Shown here: in pieces, positions 8,581 through 17,097 of the stretch
Layout: each line of letters starts with the position of its first letter
Position numbering within the stretch: position 1 is the first letter of the stretch
DNA from: an uncultured Rhodobacterales bacterium
GTDB lineage: Bacteria > Pseudomonadota > Alphaproteobacteria > Rhodospirillales > CAJXLG01
Direction of reading: 5' to 3'
Length of the DNA stretch: 53,525 bases
NCBI GenBank assembly: GCA_964535075.1
Contig: CAZHRQ010000001.1
Span: 1 to 53,525, forward strand
The notes under the pieces: generated by a model
Told to the model about the DNA's origin: nothing
The model's input: the letters and a program-made list of their open reading frames with translations, nothing else
Database searches by the model: none
Program-made: the position numbers and the translations under genes

Positions 8581-9060
8581 GTCCGACGGAGGGGCGGGGG
8601 GTGAGACGGTGCCAGGGCGCCAGCACCCCATGAGCAGCCGGCGCATCAGGACCCCGGCCAGGGCGCCGGGCAGGGCGCCGATTGTCACGACAACCGCGAT
8701 GCCCTCGCCGGAGACCAGCGGCGTGCCTTCGCGGCCGGTCGCCAACAGAGTCACCGCCATGGCCGCCGCGCCACAGCCGGCCCCCATCAGCAGCATCCGC
8801 CCCAGGCCCACGTGGCGCAGGGTCGGAAACAGCGCCAGCAGCAGGGTCAGGGTGCTCACGCCCACGAGCGCCGGCAGCGCGCCGGTCATCCAGACAATCA
8901 GCGGCATCAGGACGTAGGCTTCCGGCGGTCCCTCAAGAGAAAGCAGCATGGGGGCCAAGGGGAGCCAGGCAATAGGGGTCAGGAACGGCGCGATCAGGAG
9001 AATTACGAGCACCGCCATGGGCCAGCGCCACAAGGGCGGACGGGAACGGGATAACGTCAT
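8572..9060 (-). CDS. Hypothetical integral membrane protein
   Basis: 162-aa ORF with about 4 hydrophobic segments and high third-position GC. I recognise no family. The last codons (..D-P-L-stop) are encoded by the repeat linker. Confidence 0.55.
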   Translation of the reverse strand: MTLSRSRPPLWRWPMAVLVILLIAPFLTPIAWLPLAPMLLSLEGPPEAYVLMPLIVWMTGALPALVGVSTLTLLLALFPTLRHVGLGRMLLMGAGCGAAAMAVTLLATGREGTPLVSGEGIAVVVTIGALPGALAGVLMRRLLMGCWRPGTVSPPAPPSDPL

Positions 9061-9337
9061 GGAAATTCCCCTATCCGGACGGGGGCTATCATGCCAACGG
9101 GTTTCCCGTATAGACTAGCGCCGTGGGCGAAACCAACAAGAGGATCGCATCAGGTTCCGTAAAGCTCATTGCGCCGCCGTGGTTGCACGGAAGGCGCGTC
9201 GAATGAGCGTCAGAAAAAGAGCTTCACGGCGGTGCCGGATGCCGATTGCAAGGGCGCCGCTGCAAAAGCGGGACCGGGGGATCCTTGTGCGGAACGGCAC
9301 AAGGGAGCGATGGTCGGGAAGCGTGTGGAGGAAGGGA

Positions 9338-10951
9338 ATGGCAGCGGGACCGGCAAGCCCATTCGGTCCGCTGGGGGGCGAGGAGTCGTTCTCCGGGGCC
9401 TGGGCGGAGTCTGAAGGGGATGGGGGTCGCTCGGGCCGCACGGCCGAGCGCTGGCAGGACGGAGGTTGGGTGGATCCGGAAACCGCCGAACGCTTGCGCC
9501 AGGGTATCGAGGCGCTGGGCGCCGGCGACTTTGATGCCGTGCCGGACCTGGATCACCCCCTGGGCGAGGCCCTGCGTGCCGCGGCCGCCCGGCTGGCGGC
9601 AAGCCGCGATCCGGTCCATCTGGAAGAGGCCGGCTGGCTGTCGCCGGAACGCATGGGGGCCTTGCGCGATGCCCTGCACACCCTGGCCGAGGCCCGCTTT
9701 ACCGAGGTGCCGGCCGTGACAGGCACCCTGGGGGGGCCCGTGAAACAGGTCACCCGCAGCCTGGGGCGCCAGTTCTCCCTGGACCTGCGCGGACTGGTGC
9801 ACCTGACCGAGGACCTGGCCGCCGGCATGACCGCCACCGCCATGCTCTACCGTGCCGTGGCCCGCACCAGCGATCGCAACGAAACCATCGCGACCTCCGT
9901 GGATGAACTGGTGACCTCTGTGGAGGAAATCGCCAACCATGGCAACGCCGTGGCCGGCGAGGTGACGGAAATGCGACAGGCGGTGGAGGAAGGCGAGATG
10001 GCCGCCGGCGGCGCCACCACCGCGATGAACCGCATCACCGGCGCCGTGGAAACCACCGCCGACCGGGTGCACAAGCTGGCCGGTGCCTCGCAGGAGGTGG
10101 GCCAGATCCTGGGCATGATCGAGGAAATCGCCTTTCAGACCAACATCCTGGCCCTGAACGCTTCGGTGGAGGCCGCGCGGGCGGGGGAGGCCGGCAAGGG
10201 CTTCGCCGTGGTGGCCGAAGAGGTTAAACGACTGGCCGATCAGGCCAAGGACGCCGCCGGGGAAATCAATAAACGCATTCGGCACGTGCGCACGGAAATG
10301 GAGGGCATCGCCGACTCCATGACCGACGTCACCAGCGTGGTGGACGAAGGGCGTGACGCCATCGACGCCACCGGCGAAGCCATCGCCTCGGTCAGCGCGC
10401 GCATGGACCGGGTCTCGGAAAGCACCCAGAGCATCGCCAGCACCCTGGCCCAGCAGAAAACCGCCGGTCACGAGGCGGCCCGCGCCATCCACAGGATCGC
10501 CCAACAGGACGAAAGTACCCTGTCGGAAATGAGCACCGTGCTCGACGCCCTGGATGCCGTGGACAAGGGGCTACAGACCCAGCTCGACCGCTTGTCCAAA
10601 ATGGGTCTTCCCAACCGCACCGTGCACTTGGCCAAATCCGACCATGCTTTGTGGAAGAAACGGGTGGTGTTCGCCCTGGTGGGCCGTACCCAGGTGAACC
10701 CGGGGGAACTGGCGGACCACCACCAATGCCGTTTCGGTCGCTGGTACGACCAGCAACTGGGCACCCGCATCAGCCAGCATCCCGCCTTCGCCGCCATCGC
10801 CGAACCCCACGCCCAGGTGCACGCCCATGGCCGGCGGGCCGTGGAGCTGGCCAACGAGGGCGCCTATCAAGACGCCCTGGCGGAGCTTCATCGCATGGAG
10901 GAACACTCCCTGGTGGTACGGCAGCGGCTGGAGGAACTGGTGCCTTCCTGA
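9338..10951 (+). CDS. Soluble methyl-accepting chemotaxis protein with C-terminal CZB (chemoreceptor zinc-binding) domain
   Basis: MCP signalling hairpin ..[37 protein letters not shown]... No TM segments. C-terminal HALW-x24-CRFGRW-x21-HAQVH fits the CZB pattern. Start chosen at ATG 9338 after GGAGGAAGGGA; the upstream part of the ORF is Arg-rich and not protein-like. Confidence 0.85.
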   Translation: MAAGPASPFGPLGGEESFSGAWAESEGDGGRSGRTAERWQDGGWVDPETAERLRQGIEALGAGDFDAVPDLDHPLGEALRAAAARLAASRDPVHLEEAGWLSPERMGALRDALHTLAEARFTEVPAVTGTLGGPVKQVTRSLGRQFSLDLRGLVHLTEDLAAGMTATAMLYRAVARTSDRNETIATSVDELVTSVEEIANHGNAVAGEVTEMRQAVEEGEMAAGGATTAMNRITGAVETTADRVHKLAGASQEVGQILGMIEEIAFQTNILALNASVEAARAGEAGKGFAVVAEEVKRLADQAKDAAGEINKRIRHVRTEMEGIADSMTDVTSVVDEGRDAIDATGEAIASVSARMDRVSESTQSIASTLAQQKTAGHEAARAIHRIAQQDESTLSEMSTVLDALDAVDKGLQTQLDRLSKMGLPNRTVHLAKSDHALWKKRVVFALVGRTQVNPGELADHHQCRFGRWYDQQLGTRISQHPAFAAIAEPHAQVHAHGRRAVELANEGAYQDALAELHRMEEHSLVVRQRLEELVPS

Positions 10952-11031
10952 GATAGGGGCAGGCCAAGACAACAAACAACAATCAAGGGGCGCAAGGCGC
11001 CCGGGGATTGGGGGACAAGGATTATACGGGC

Positions 11032-12918
11032 ATGTTGAGGTTCGGGATCGGACGTTTCCGAGTGGTCTGTGCGCTGGTGATGGTCCTGGCGGTGGCCGTG
11101 GGACTGGGGGTGGCGCTGGCCCCCGTGGGGCCTTGGGTGCGGGCGGGCGTGGGCACGGGCCTGGTGCTGGTGGTGGGCCTCATGGGCCTGGCCTTGGTGT
11201 GGTTGAACGCCTTGGCGTTTTCCTTGGCTCGGGGACAGGCCGCCTGCCGCGCCGTGGTGGATGGTGACCTGGAAAGCCGCATCACGCACATCCACGAGCA
11301 GGGCGCCCTGGGAGAAATGCTCTGGAATATCAATGAATTCATCGATACCACCGATTCCTTCGTGCGGGAAACCCGCGCCACCATGGAACACGTGGCCCGG
11401 GGGCGGTACTACCGCCGGGTGATCCTCACCGGCATGCGCGGCACCTTCGCCGACACCAGCCACGTGATCAACGCCGCCCTGGCCACCGTGCGTCGGCGGG
11501 AAGCCGCGGAACGGGCGGTGCAGGAGGAGATCGCCACCCTGACCCAGGCGGTGGCCGAGGGCGACTATACCGGCACCATTGAAATCCCCGCCGAACCCGA
11601 GCCCCTGGCCCGTATTGCCGAGGGCATCAATGGGGCCATCGCCACCATCCGCCGCCGCGAACTGGCGGAAAAGGCGGTGCAGGAAGAAATCGCCACCCTG
11701 GTGGATCACGCCGCCGCCGGGAACTTCAATGTGCAGGTGGCCGAGCCGGCGGATGCGCCTTCCCTGGCCCGCATCGCCGACGGCATCAACCGCCTCACGG
11801 CCACCGTGCACCAGGGCCTGAGCGAGGCCATCGGCGTGTTCTCCGCCCTGGCCGAAGGGGATCTGAGCCGCCGCTTCGAGAATGAATACGAAGGCGACTT
11901 CGCCCAGCTCAAGATCAGTGCCGCCATCATGAGCGACAAGCTGGGCTCCCTGGCCGTGAGCCTGACCGATTCCATGGACCTGGTGGCCGAGGGCGTGCGG
12001 GAGATGATGTCCCGCAGTAACGATCTGGCCCACCGGACGGAAAAACAGGCTTCCGACTTGCAGGAGGCCGCCGCCACCATCGAACAGCTCACCGCCACCG
12101 TGCACCAGAACGCAGAAAACGCCGAGCGGGCCCGGTCCCTGGCCGATGAAGCCCGCAATACCGCCGACGGCTCCGGCACCGTGGTGGATTCCGCCGTGGC
12201 CTCCATGGGCCGCATCGAGCAGTCCTCGGGCCAGATTTCCGACATCATTGGCATGATCGACGAAATCGCCTTCCAGACCAATCTGTTGGCCCTGAACGCG
12301 GCGGTGGAAGCCGCCCGGGCCGGGGACGCCGGCAAGGGCTTCGCCGTGGTGGCGGCCGAGGTGCGTTCCCTCGCCCAGCGTTCCAGTCAGGCGTCCAAGG
12401 AAATCAAGGATCTGATCCTCAATACCCGTCAGCAGATCGAGGAAGGGGTGGGGCTGGTGAAAGGCACCGGCAAGGCCCTGCGCGACATCATCACCGGCGT
12501 GAAACAGGTGGCCGACCTGATTGCCGAGATCGCCTCCGCCAGCAAGGAACAGGCGGTGGCCCTGGACGAGGTGAACGGCGCCGTGGCCCACCTGGACGAG
12601 ATCACACAGCAAAACGCCGCCCTGGTGGAGGAAAACGCCAGTTCCGTTAATGCCCTCACCGGACAGGCCAACGAGCTCAAGAGCCTGATGGCCTTCTTCG
12701 CCGTGCAGCGGGAGGCGCAGCAGAAGGGCCCCGTCGCCCGGCCCGCACCGCCGGCGGTGGCGGCCCCTATCGCGGCGTCGCCCGCCGCGCTGCCCCTCGC
12801 CGCGCCGTCGCCCGCCGGTCAGGACGAATGGGAGAACCTGGACAACGACAGCAGTTCTGGCGATCATGCGCCGGGAATCACCCTGGAGGACGATGACGGC
12901 TCCTGGGACGAATTCTGA
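11032..12918 (+). CDS. Membrane-anchored methyl-accepting chemotaxis protein with tandem repeat modules and a C-terminal xWxxF pentapeptide
   Basis: Two N-terminal TM helices and the signalling domain ..[37 protein letters not shown]... Pro/Ala-rich tail ending GSWDEF. ATG 11032 preferred over TTG 11008. Confidence 0.9.
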   Translation: MLRFGIGRFRVVCALVMVLAVAVGLGVALAPVGPWVRAGVGTGLVLVVGLMGLALVWLNALAFSLARGQAACRAVVDGDLESRITHIHEQGALGEMLWNINEFIDTTDSFVRETRATMEHVARGRYYRRVILTGMRGTFADTSHVINAALATVRRREAAERAVQEEIATLTQAVAEGDYTGTIEIPAEPEPLARIAEGINGAIATIRRRELAEKAVQEEIATLVDHAAAGNFNVQVAEPADAPSLARIADGINRLTATVHQGLSEAIGVFSALAEGDLSRRFENEYEGDFAQLKISAAIMSDKLGSLAVSLTDSMDLVAEGVREMMSRSNDLAHRTEKQASDLQEAAATIEQLTATVHQNAENAERARSLADEARNTADGSGTVVDSAVASMGRIEQSSGQISDIIGMIDEIAFQTNLLALNAAVEAARAGDAGKGFAVVAAEVRSLAQRSSQASKEIKDLILNTRQQIEEGVGLVKGTGKALRDIITGVKQVADLIAEIASASKEQAVALDEVNGAVAHLDEITQQNAALVEENASSVNALTGQANELKSLMAFFAVQREAQQKGPVARPAPPAVAAPIAASPAALPLAAPSPAGQDEWENLDNDSSSGDHAPGITLEDDDGSWDEF

Positions 12919-12970
12919 GCGGGGCCCGCCGTAACGGTTCTCCGCGACCATGGTTTAAGGAACATGACCC

Positions 12971-13318
12971 ATGCACAAGGTTCTGATGGTGGCGGCCGCC
13001 CTGTCCCTGGCCGCCGGGCCGGCCGCCGCCGCCGGTTTCGACTGTGCCAAGGCGTCCACGCCGCAGGAAAACTGGATCTGCGCCGATCCCCACCTCAGTG
13101 ACCTGGACGGTCGCATGAGCGCCCTGTACGGCCAACTGCTGCGGCAGAGCAGCGGTGGCGAAAAGAAGGCGCTTCGCGACAGCCAGCGGGCCTGGCTGAA
13201 GATGCGGGACCAGACCTGTTCCTTCCGGCGGATGGCCGATCCCACGGACATGGTCAACTGCCTGACCAACCTGACCCAAAGTCGTTGGGAAACCCTGTCG
13301 GTGATGCTTAATAACTGA
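12971..13318 (+). CDS. LprI-family (DUF1311) periplasmic protein
   Basis: Signal peptide, then FDCAKASTPQENWICADPHLSDLDGRMSALYGQL...LRDSQRAWLKMRDQTC, the DUF1311 pattern of Cys and QxAW. Confidence 0.75.
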   Translation: MHKVLMVAAALSLAAGPAAAAGFDCAKASTPQENWICADPHLSDLDGRMSALYGQLLRQSSGGEKKALRDSQRAWLKMRDQTCSFRRMADPTDMVNCLTNLTQSRWETLSVMLNN

Positions 13319-13416
13319 GTATTGGGGAAGGCAGGCGTGGCTTCCCGGTGCCCGCTTGCGTTCCATCCGCGTGGCGCCCACATGAGGGGCAGGGTTTCAG
13401 GATACGGGAGGTTCTC

Positions 13417-14229
13417 ATGCCGCGCTGGCATCTCGACGATATTCCTTGGTCCACCCTGGAGCCCACGAGGGTGGATGCCACCGTCCTGGCGGTTGTCAAG
13501 AGCGCCAGTCTGGTGGAGCACAACGCCGATGACTACGTGACCTACCTGCACAACGTGTTCGCCGACCGCCCCGAAGTGCAAGCCGATATCGACCGTTGGG
13601 GCGAGGAGGAGCGGCAGCACGGCGCCGCCCTGGGCCGGTGGGCGGAGAAGGCCGATCCCACGTTCGATTTCCAGGCAGCCTTCAACGCCTATCAATCCCG
13701 CCCCTTGGTGCCCCAGGACCGGCACGAGTCCGTGCGCGGCAGCCGCACCGGCGAGATGCTGGCCCGCTGTGTGGTGGAAACGGGCACCAGTTCCTTCTAC
13801 ACCGCCCTGGCCCAGGCCACCGAGGAACCGGTGCTCAGGGATCTGGCTCACCGCATCGCCGCCGATGAGTTCCGGCATTACAAGCTGTTCCGGACCCTCA
13901 TGGGCGATTTCCAGAACCAGGAACGCCTGACCCTGTTGCGGCGGGCTTTGGTGGCCTACGAGCGGGTGCGGGAGGCCGAGGACGAGGAACTGGCCTGGGC
14001 CTGGCACTGCGCCAACCGTCCTGGACAGTCATTCGACGCCCGCGATTGCGCCAACCGCTATGGTCAGGCGGCTTCCGGCCTCTACACCTATCCCGTGGTG
14101 GAACGGGCCGTGGGCATGATCTTCAAGGTGGTGGGGCTGCGGCCCCGCGGCTGGCTCAACCGGGGGGCCACCCAGGTGGTGTGGGGCAATCTGCGCCGGC
14201 GGGCCGAAGGCGGCACCGTGGCCGCCTGA
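13417..14229 (+). CDS. Ferritin-like di-iron domain protein
   Basis: Two E-x-x-H motifs (EERQH, DEFRH) in a helical ~270-aa protein. GGGAGG lies before ATG 13417. Confidence 0.65.
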   Translation: MPRWHLDDIPWSTLEPTRVDATVLAVVKSASLVEHNADDYVTYLHNVFADRPEVQADIDRWGEEERQHGAALGRWAEKADPTFDFQAAFNAYQSRPLVPQDRHESVRGSRTGEMLARCVVETGTSSFYTALAQATEEPVLRDLAHRIAADEFRHYKLFRTLMGDFQNQERLTLLRRALVAYERVREAEDEELAWAWHCANRPGQSFDARDCANRYGQAASGLYTYPVVERAVGMIFKVVGLRPRGWLNRGATQVVWGNLRRRAEGGTVAA

Positions 14230-14232
14230 GGC

Positions 14233-16719
14233 ATGAGCGCCGATCTCGCCCTGACCCTGCCCGCGAACACTGGTCTGCCTGTGGCGGCGGTTTTGCCGCC
14301 GCTGCGGCAGGCGTTGGAGACGCACGGAAACGCCGTGCTGGTGGCGCCGCCCGGGGCCGGCAAGACCACCCTGGTGCCGCTGGCCCTGGCCGCTTGGCGG
14401 CCGGGTCGGGTGGTGATGCTGGAACCCCGGCGGCTGGCGGCCCGCGCCGCGGCGCATCGCATGGCCGTGTTGCTGGACGAGCCCGTGGGCCAGCGGGTGG
14501 GGTATCAGGTGCGGTTCGAACACAAGGTCGGTCGCCGCATCGAGGTGGTCACCGAGGGCATTCTGCTGCGGCGCCTGCAAAGCGATCCCGAACTGGAGGG
14601 GGTCGCCGCCGTCATTTTCGACGAATTCCACGAACGCAACCTGGATGGCGACCTGGGGCTGGCCCTGTGCCGGGAGGTACAGACGGCCCTGCGGTCCGAT
14701 TTGGCGCTGGTGGCCATGTCCGCCACCTTGGACGGGGCGGCGGTGGCTCGGCTGCTGGGCGAGGCGCCGGTGGTGGAAAGCGCAGGCCGACTGTTTCCCG
14801 TCGGCCTGCGCTGGGGCACCCGTCCCGCCACCCGCGAGGTGCCCCGGGCGGTGGCGGACACGGTGACCACCGCCCTGGCCGAGGGACCGGGCAGTGTGCT
14901 CGCCTTCCTGCCCGGGGAAGCGGAAATCCATCGCGCCGCCCAGGCGCTCAAGGGCCGGGTGCCGGCGGACGTGGACGTGCACCCTCTGTACGGCGCCCTG
15001 CCGCCGGGGCGTCAGGACCGGGCCATCGCCCCCGCCCCGGCAGGCCGGCGCAAGGTGGTGCTGGCCACCAGCATCGCCGAAACCAGCCTCACCATCGACG
15101 GCATTACCCAGGTGGTGGATGGGGGGTTGGCCCGACGGCCGCGCTTCGACCCCGGCCGGGGCATGGCGGCCTTGATCACCGACAAGGTTAGCCGGGCCGA
15201 GGCCGACCAACGGGCCGGCCGCGCGGGTCGCCTGGGGCCCGGCGTGTGTTGGCGGTTGTGGCGAGAGGCGGAACACGGCGCCCTGGCCGCCGCCGCGCCC
15301 CCGGAGATCACCGTGGCCGATCTGGCGCCCCTGCGGCTGGCCCTGGCCGCCTGGGGGGCAACGCCCGAGCATCTGCCGTGGCTGGACCCGCCGCCCGCGC
15401 CCCATTGGGCCCAGGCGGGAGAGTTGCTGCGCCTGCTCGGTGCCCTGGACCACAAGGACCATCTCACCGCCCACGGTCGGGCCCTGGCCGGGTTTCCGCT
15501 GCACCCTCGGCTGGCGCATATGATCCTGGCCGCCCCCGACGATGCCCACCGGGCCCTGGCCTGTTTGGTGGCGGCGCTGTTGTCCGACCGTGATCCGCTG
15601 CGGTTGCGGGATCCCGATCTGGTGCCCCGGGTGGCGGTGCTGCTGGACCCCCGGGCCGCCCGGGACGCCGGCGCCGCCGAGGGCGCCCTGTCCGACATCC
15701 GGCGGGCCGCCCGGCAATGGCAACGTCATCTGGGGGTGGCAGGGGTGACGCCGGCACCGGCCCAGGCGGTGGGGGCCCTGGTGGCCCTGGCGTGGCCGGA
15801 CCGGGTGGCGCAGCAGCGGGGCGGCGATGGCCGCTATCGCTTCGCCGGCGGTGGGGGCGGGCGTCTGGACCCGGAGGCCCCCCTGGTCGCCGCCCGCTGG
15901 CTGGCGGTGGCCGAGGTGAGCGGCCGGGGCGCCGATCCCGCCATACGGCTGGCGGCCCGTCTAACACGGGCCGATATCGAAACCGTTTTTGCCGATCAGG
16001 TGGCGTGGCACGATCATGTGTGCTGGGATGATCGTCTGGAAAAGGTGAAGGCCACGCGGCAGAAGCGGTTCGGCACCCTGGTGCTGGCGGAGGAAACGCA
16101 GCCCGATCCCGATCCGGCGGACGTGGTGGCGGCCCTGCTGGCGGTGGTGGCGCGCAAGGGCCCCAGTGCCCTGCCCTGGACCGAGGCCGCCCGGCGCCTG
16201 CAGGGGCGGGTGGCATGGCTGGCGGCGGCCGAACCGACGGCCGGCTGGCCCGATCTGGGCGAGGATACCTTGCTGGCGACCCTGGAGTCGTGGCTGGCCC
16301 CCTTCCTGCCCGGCGCCACCACCCTGGCGGCCGTGGACCAGGTGGACCTGGAAGCGGCCCTGAAGGCCATCCTGCCGTGGGATCTGGCCGAACGGCTGGA
16401 TACGGCGGCACCGCCGGCGGTTACGCTGCCCGGGGGACGAACGGTGCCGTTGCGCTATACCCCGGGGGAGCCGCCGGTGCTGGCGGCACGGTTGCAGGAC
16501 CTGTTCGGGGTGGCGGAAACCCCCAGGGTGCATGATGACCCGGTGATCTTGCATCTGTTGTCGCCCGCCGACCGGCCCTTGCAGGTGACACGGGATCTTG
16601 CCGGCTTTTGGGCCAACACCTACGCCGAGGTGCGCAAGGACATGCGGGGGCAGTACCCCCGTCACCGCTGGCCCGAGGATCCCCTGGCCGCCGAACCGGG
16701 GCGGCATCGGGGACGATAA
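14233..16719 (+). CDS. hrpB: ATP-dependent RNA helicase HrpB (DEAH-box)
   Basis: APPGAGKTT Walker A and a DEFHER box. 828 aa with the HrpB C-terminal extension (..RHRWPEDPL..). Confidence 0.93.
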   Translation: MSADLALTLPANTGLPVAAVLPPLRQALETHGNAVLVAPPGAGKTTLVPLALAAWRPGRVVMLEPRRLAARAAAHRMAVLLDEPVGQRVGYQVRFEHKVGRRIEVVTEGILLRRLQSDPELEGVAAVIFDEFHERNLDGDLGLALCREVQTALRSDLALVAMSATLDGAAVARLLGEAPVVESAGRLFPVGLRWGTRPATREVPRAVADTVTTALAEGPGSVLAFLPGEAEIHRAAQALKGRVPADVDVHPLYGALPPGRQDRAIAPAPAGRRKVVLATSIAETSLTIDGITQVVDGGLARRPRFDPGRGMAALITDKVSRAEADQRAGRAGRLGPGVCWRLWREAEHGALAAAAPPEITVADLAPLRLALAAWGATPEHLPWLDPPPAPHWAQAGELLRLLGALDHKDHLTAHGRALAGFPLHPRLAHMILAAPDDAHRALACLVAALLSDRDPLRLRDPDLVPRVAVLLDPRAARDAGAAEGALSDIRRAARQWQRHLGVAGVTPAPAQAVGALVALAWPDRVAQQRGGDGRYRFAGGGGGRLDPEAPLVAARWLAVAEVSGRGADPAIRLAARLTRADIETVFADQVAWHDHVCWDDRLEKVKATRQKRFGTLVLAEETQPDPDPADVVAALLAVVARKGPSALPWTEAARRLQGRVAWLAAAEPTAGWPDLGEDTLLATLESWLAPFLPGATTLAAVDQVDLEAALKAILPWDLAERLDTAAPPAVTLPGGRTVPLRYTPGEPPVLAARLQDLFGVAETPRVHDDPVILHLLSPADRPLQVTRDLAGFWANTYAEVRKDMRGQYPRHRWPEDPLAAEPGRHRGR

Positions 16720-16767
16720 AATGGGACCATGGGGACGCGGCGGTTGGATGCGCCGCGCGGGAGGCGG

Positions 16768-17034
16768 TCAGCCCTCTCCCTCCCCCTCTTGCGGTTGGGG
16801 GAGCGGGGCCCCCAAAGCGCAGTCCGAGATCATGCGTTTCACGTGGCCCGGGGCCAGGGGATCGGTGTGCAGCAGGCTGAGCAGCATGCGGTGATAGCGT
16901 GCGGCCATGGGCGTGGCCCCATCGCGGCAATAGCCGCAACGGGCCGCCGCCAAGTGCTCCAGCGCTGTTTCCAGGCAGCCCAAATCCTCGCGCCGCAATA
17001 TTCGGCGTCCTTCCGGACAGGTCATCAGGATCAT
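16768..17034 (-). CDS. Small Cys-containing hypothetical protein (88 aa)
   Basis: Very strong SD AGGGGGAGGGAG upstream of ATG 17034 (MILMTCPEG..). High third-position GC and five Cys, including RCGYC. Low-complexity tail PLPQPQEGEGEG. Same strand as the second GT41 gene and 63 nt downstream of it. Confidence 0.45.
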   Translation of the reverse strand: MILMTCPEGRRILRREDLGCLETALEHLAAARCGYCRDGATPMAARYHRMLLSLLHTDPLAPGHVKRMISDCALGAPLPQPQEGEGEG

Positions 17035-17097
17035 GGTGAATGTCTCCCTCCCCCTGGCAACCATGCGTGGGCGCCGGTGGGGAAGGAAAGTGAAAGC

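Noticed and set aside
10888-12951. 687-aa minus-strand ORF opposite the chemoreceptor, and similar shadows at 14029-15729, 9224-10504, 7150-8403, 19488-20717 and 20859-22226
   Set aside because: All lie antisense to genes with clear family signatures. Their translations are dominated by G/R/H/P/Q.
16722-16745. AAATGGGACCATGGGG downstream of hrpB, resembling the GGGACCC head of module A
   Set aside because: Only about 9 nt match, with no arms, clamp or linker. This is compatible with chance.
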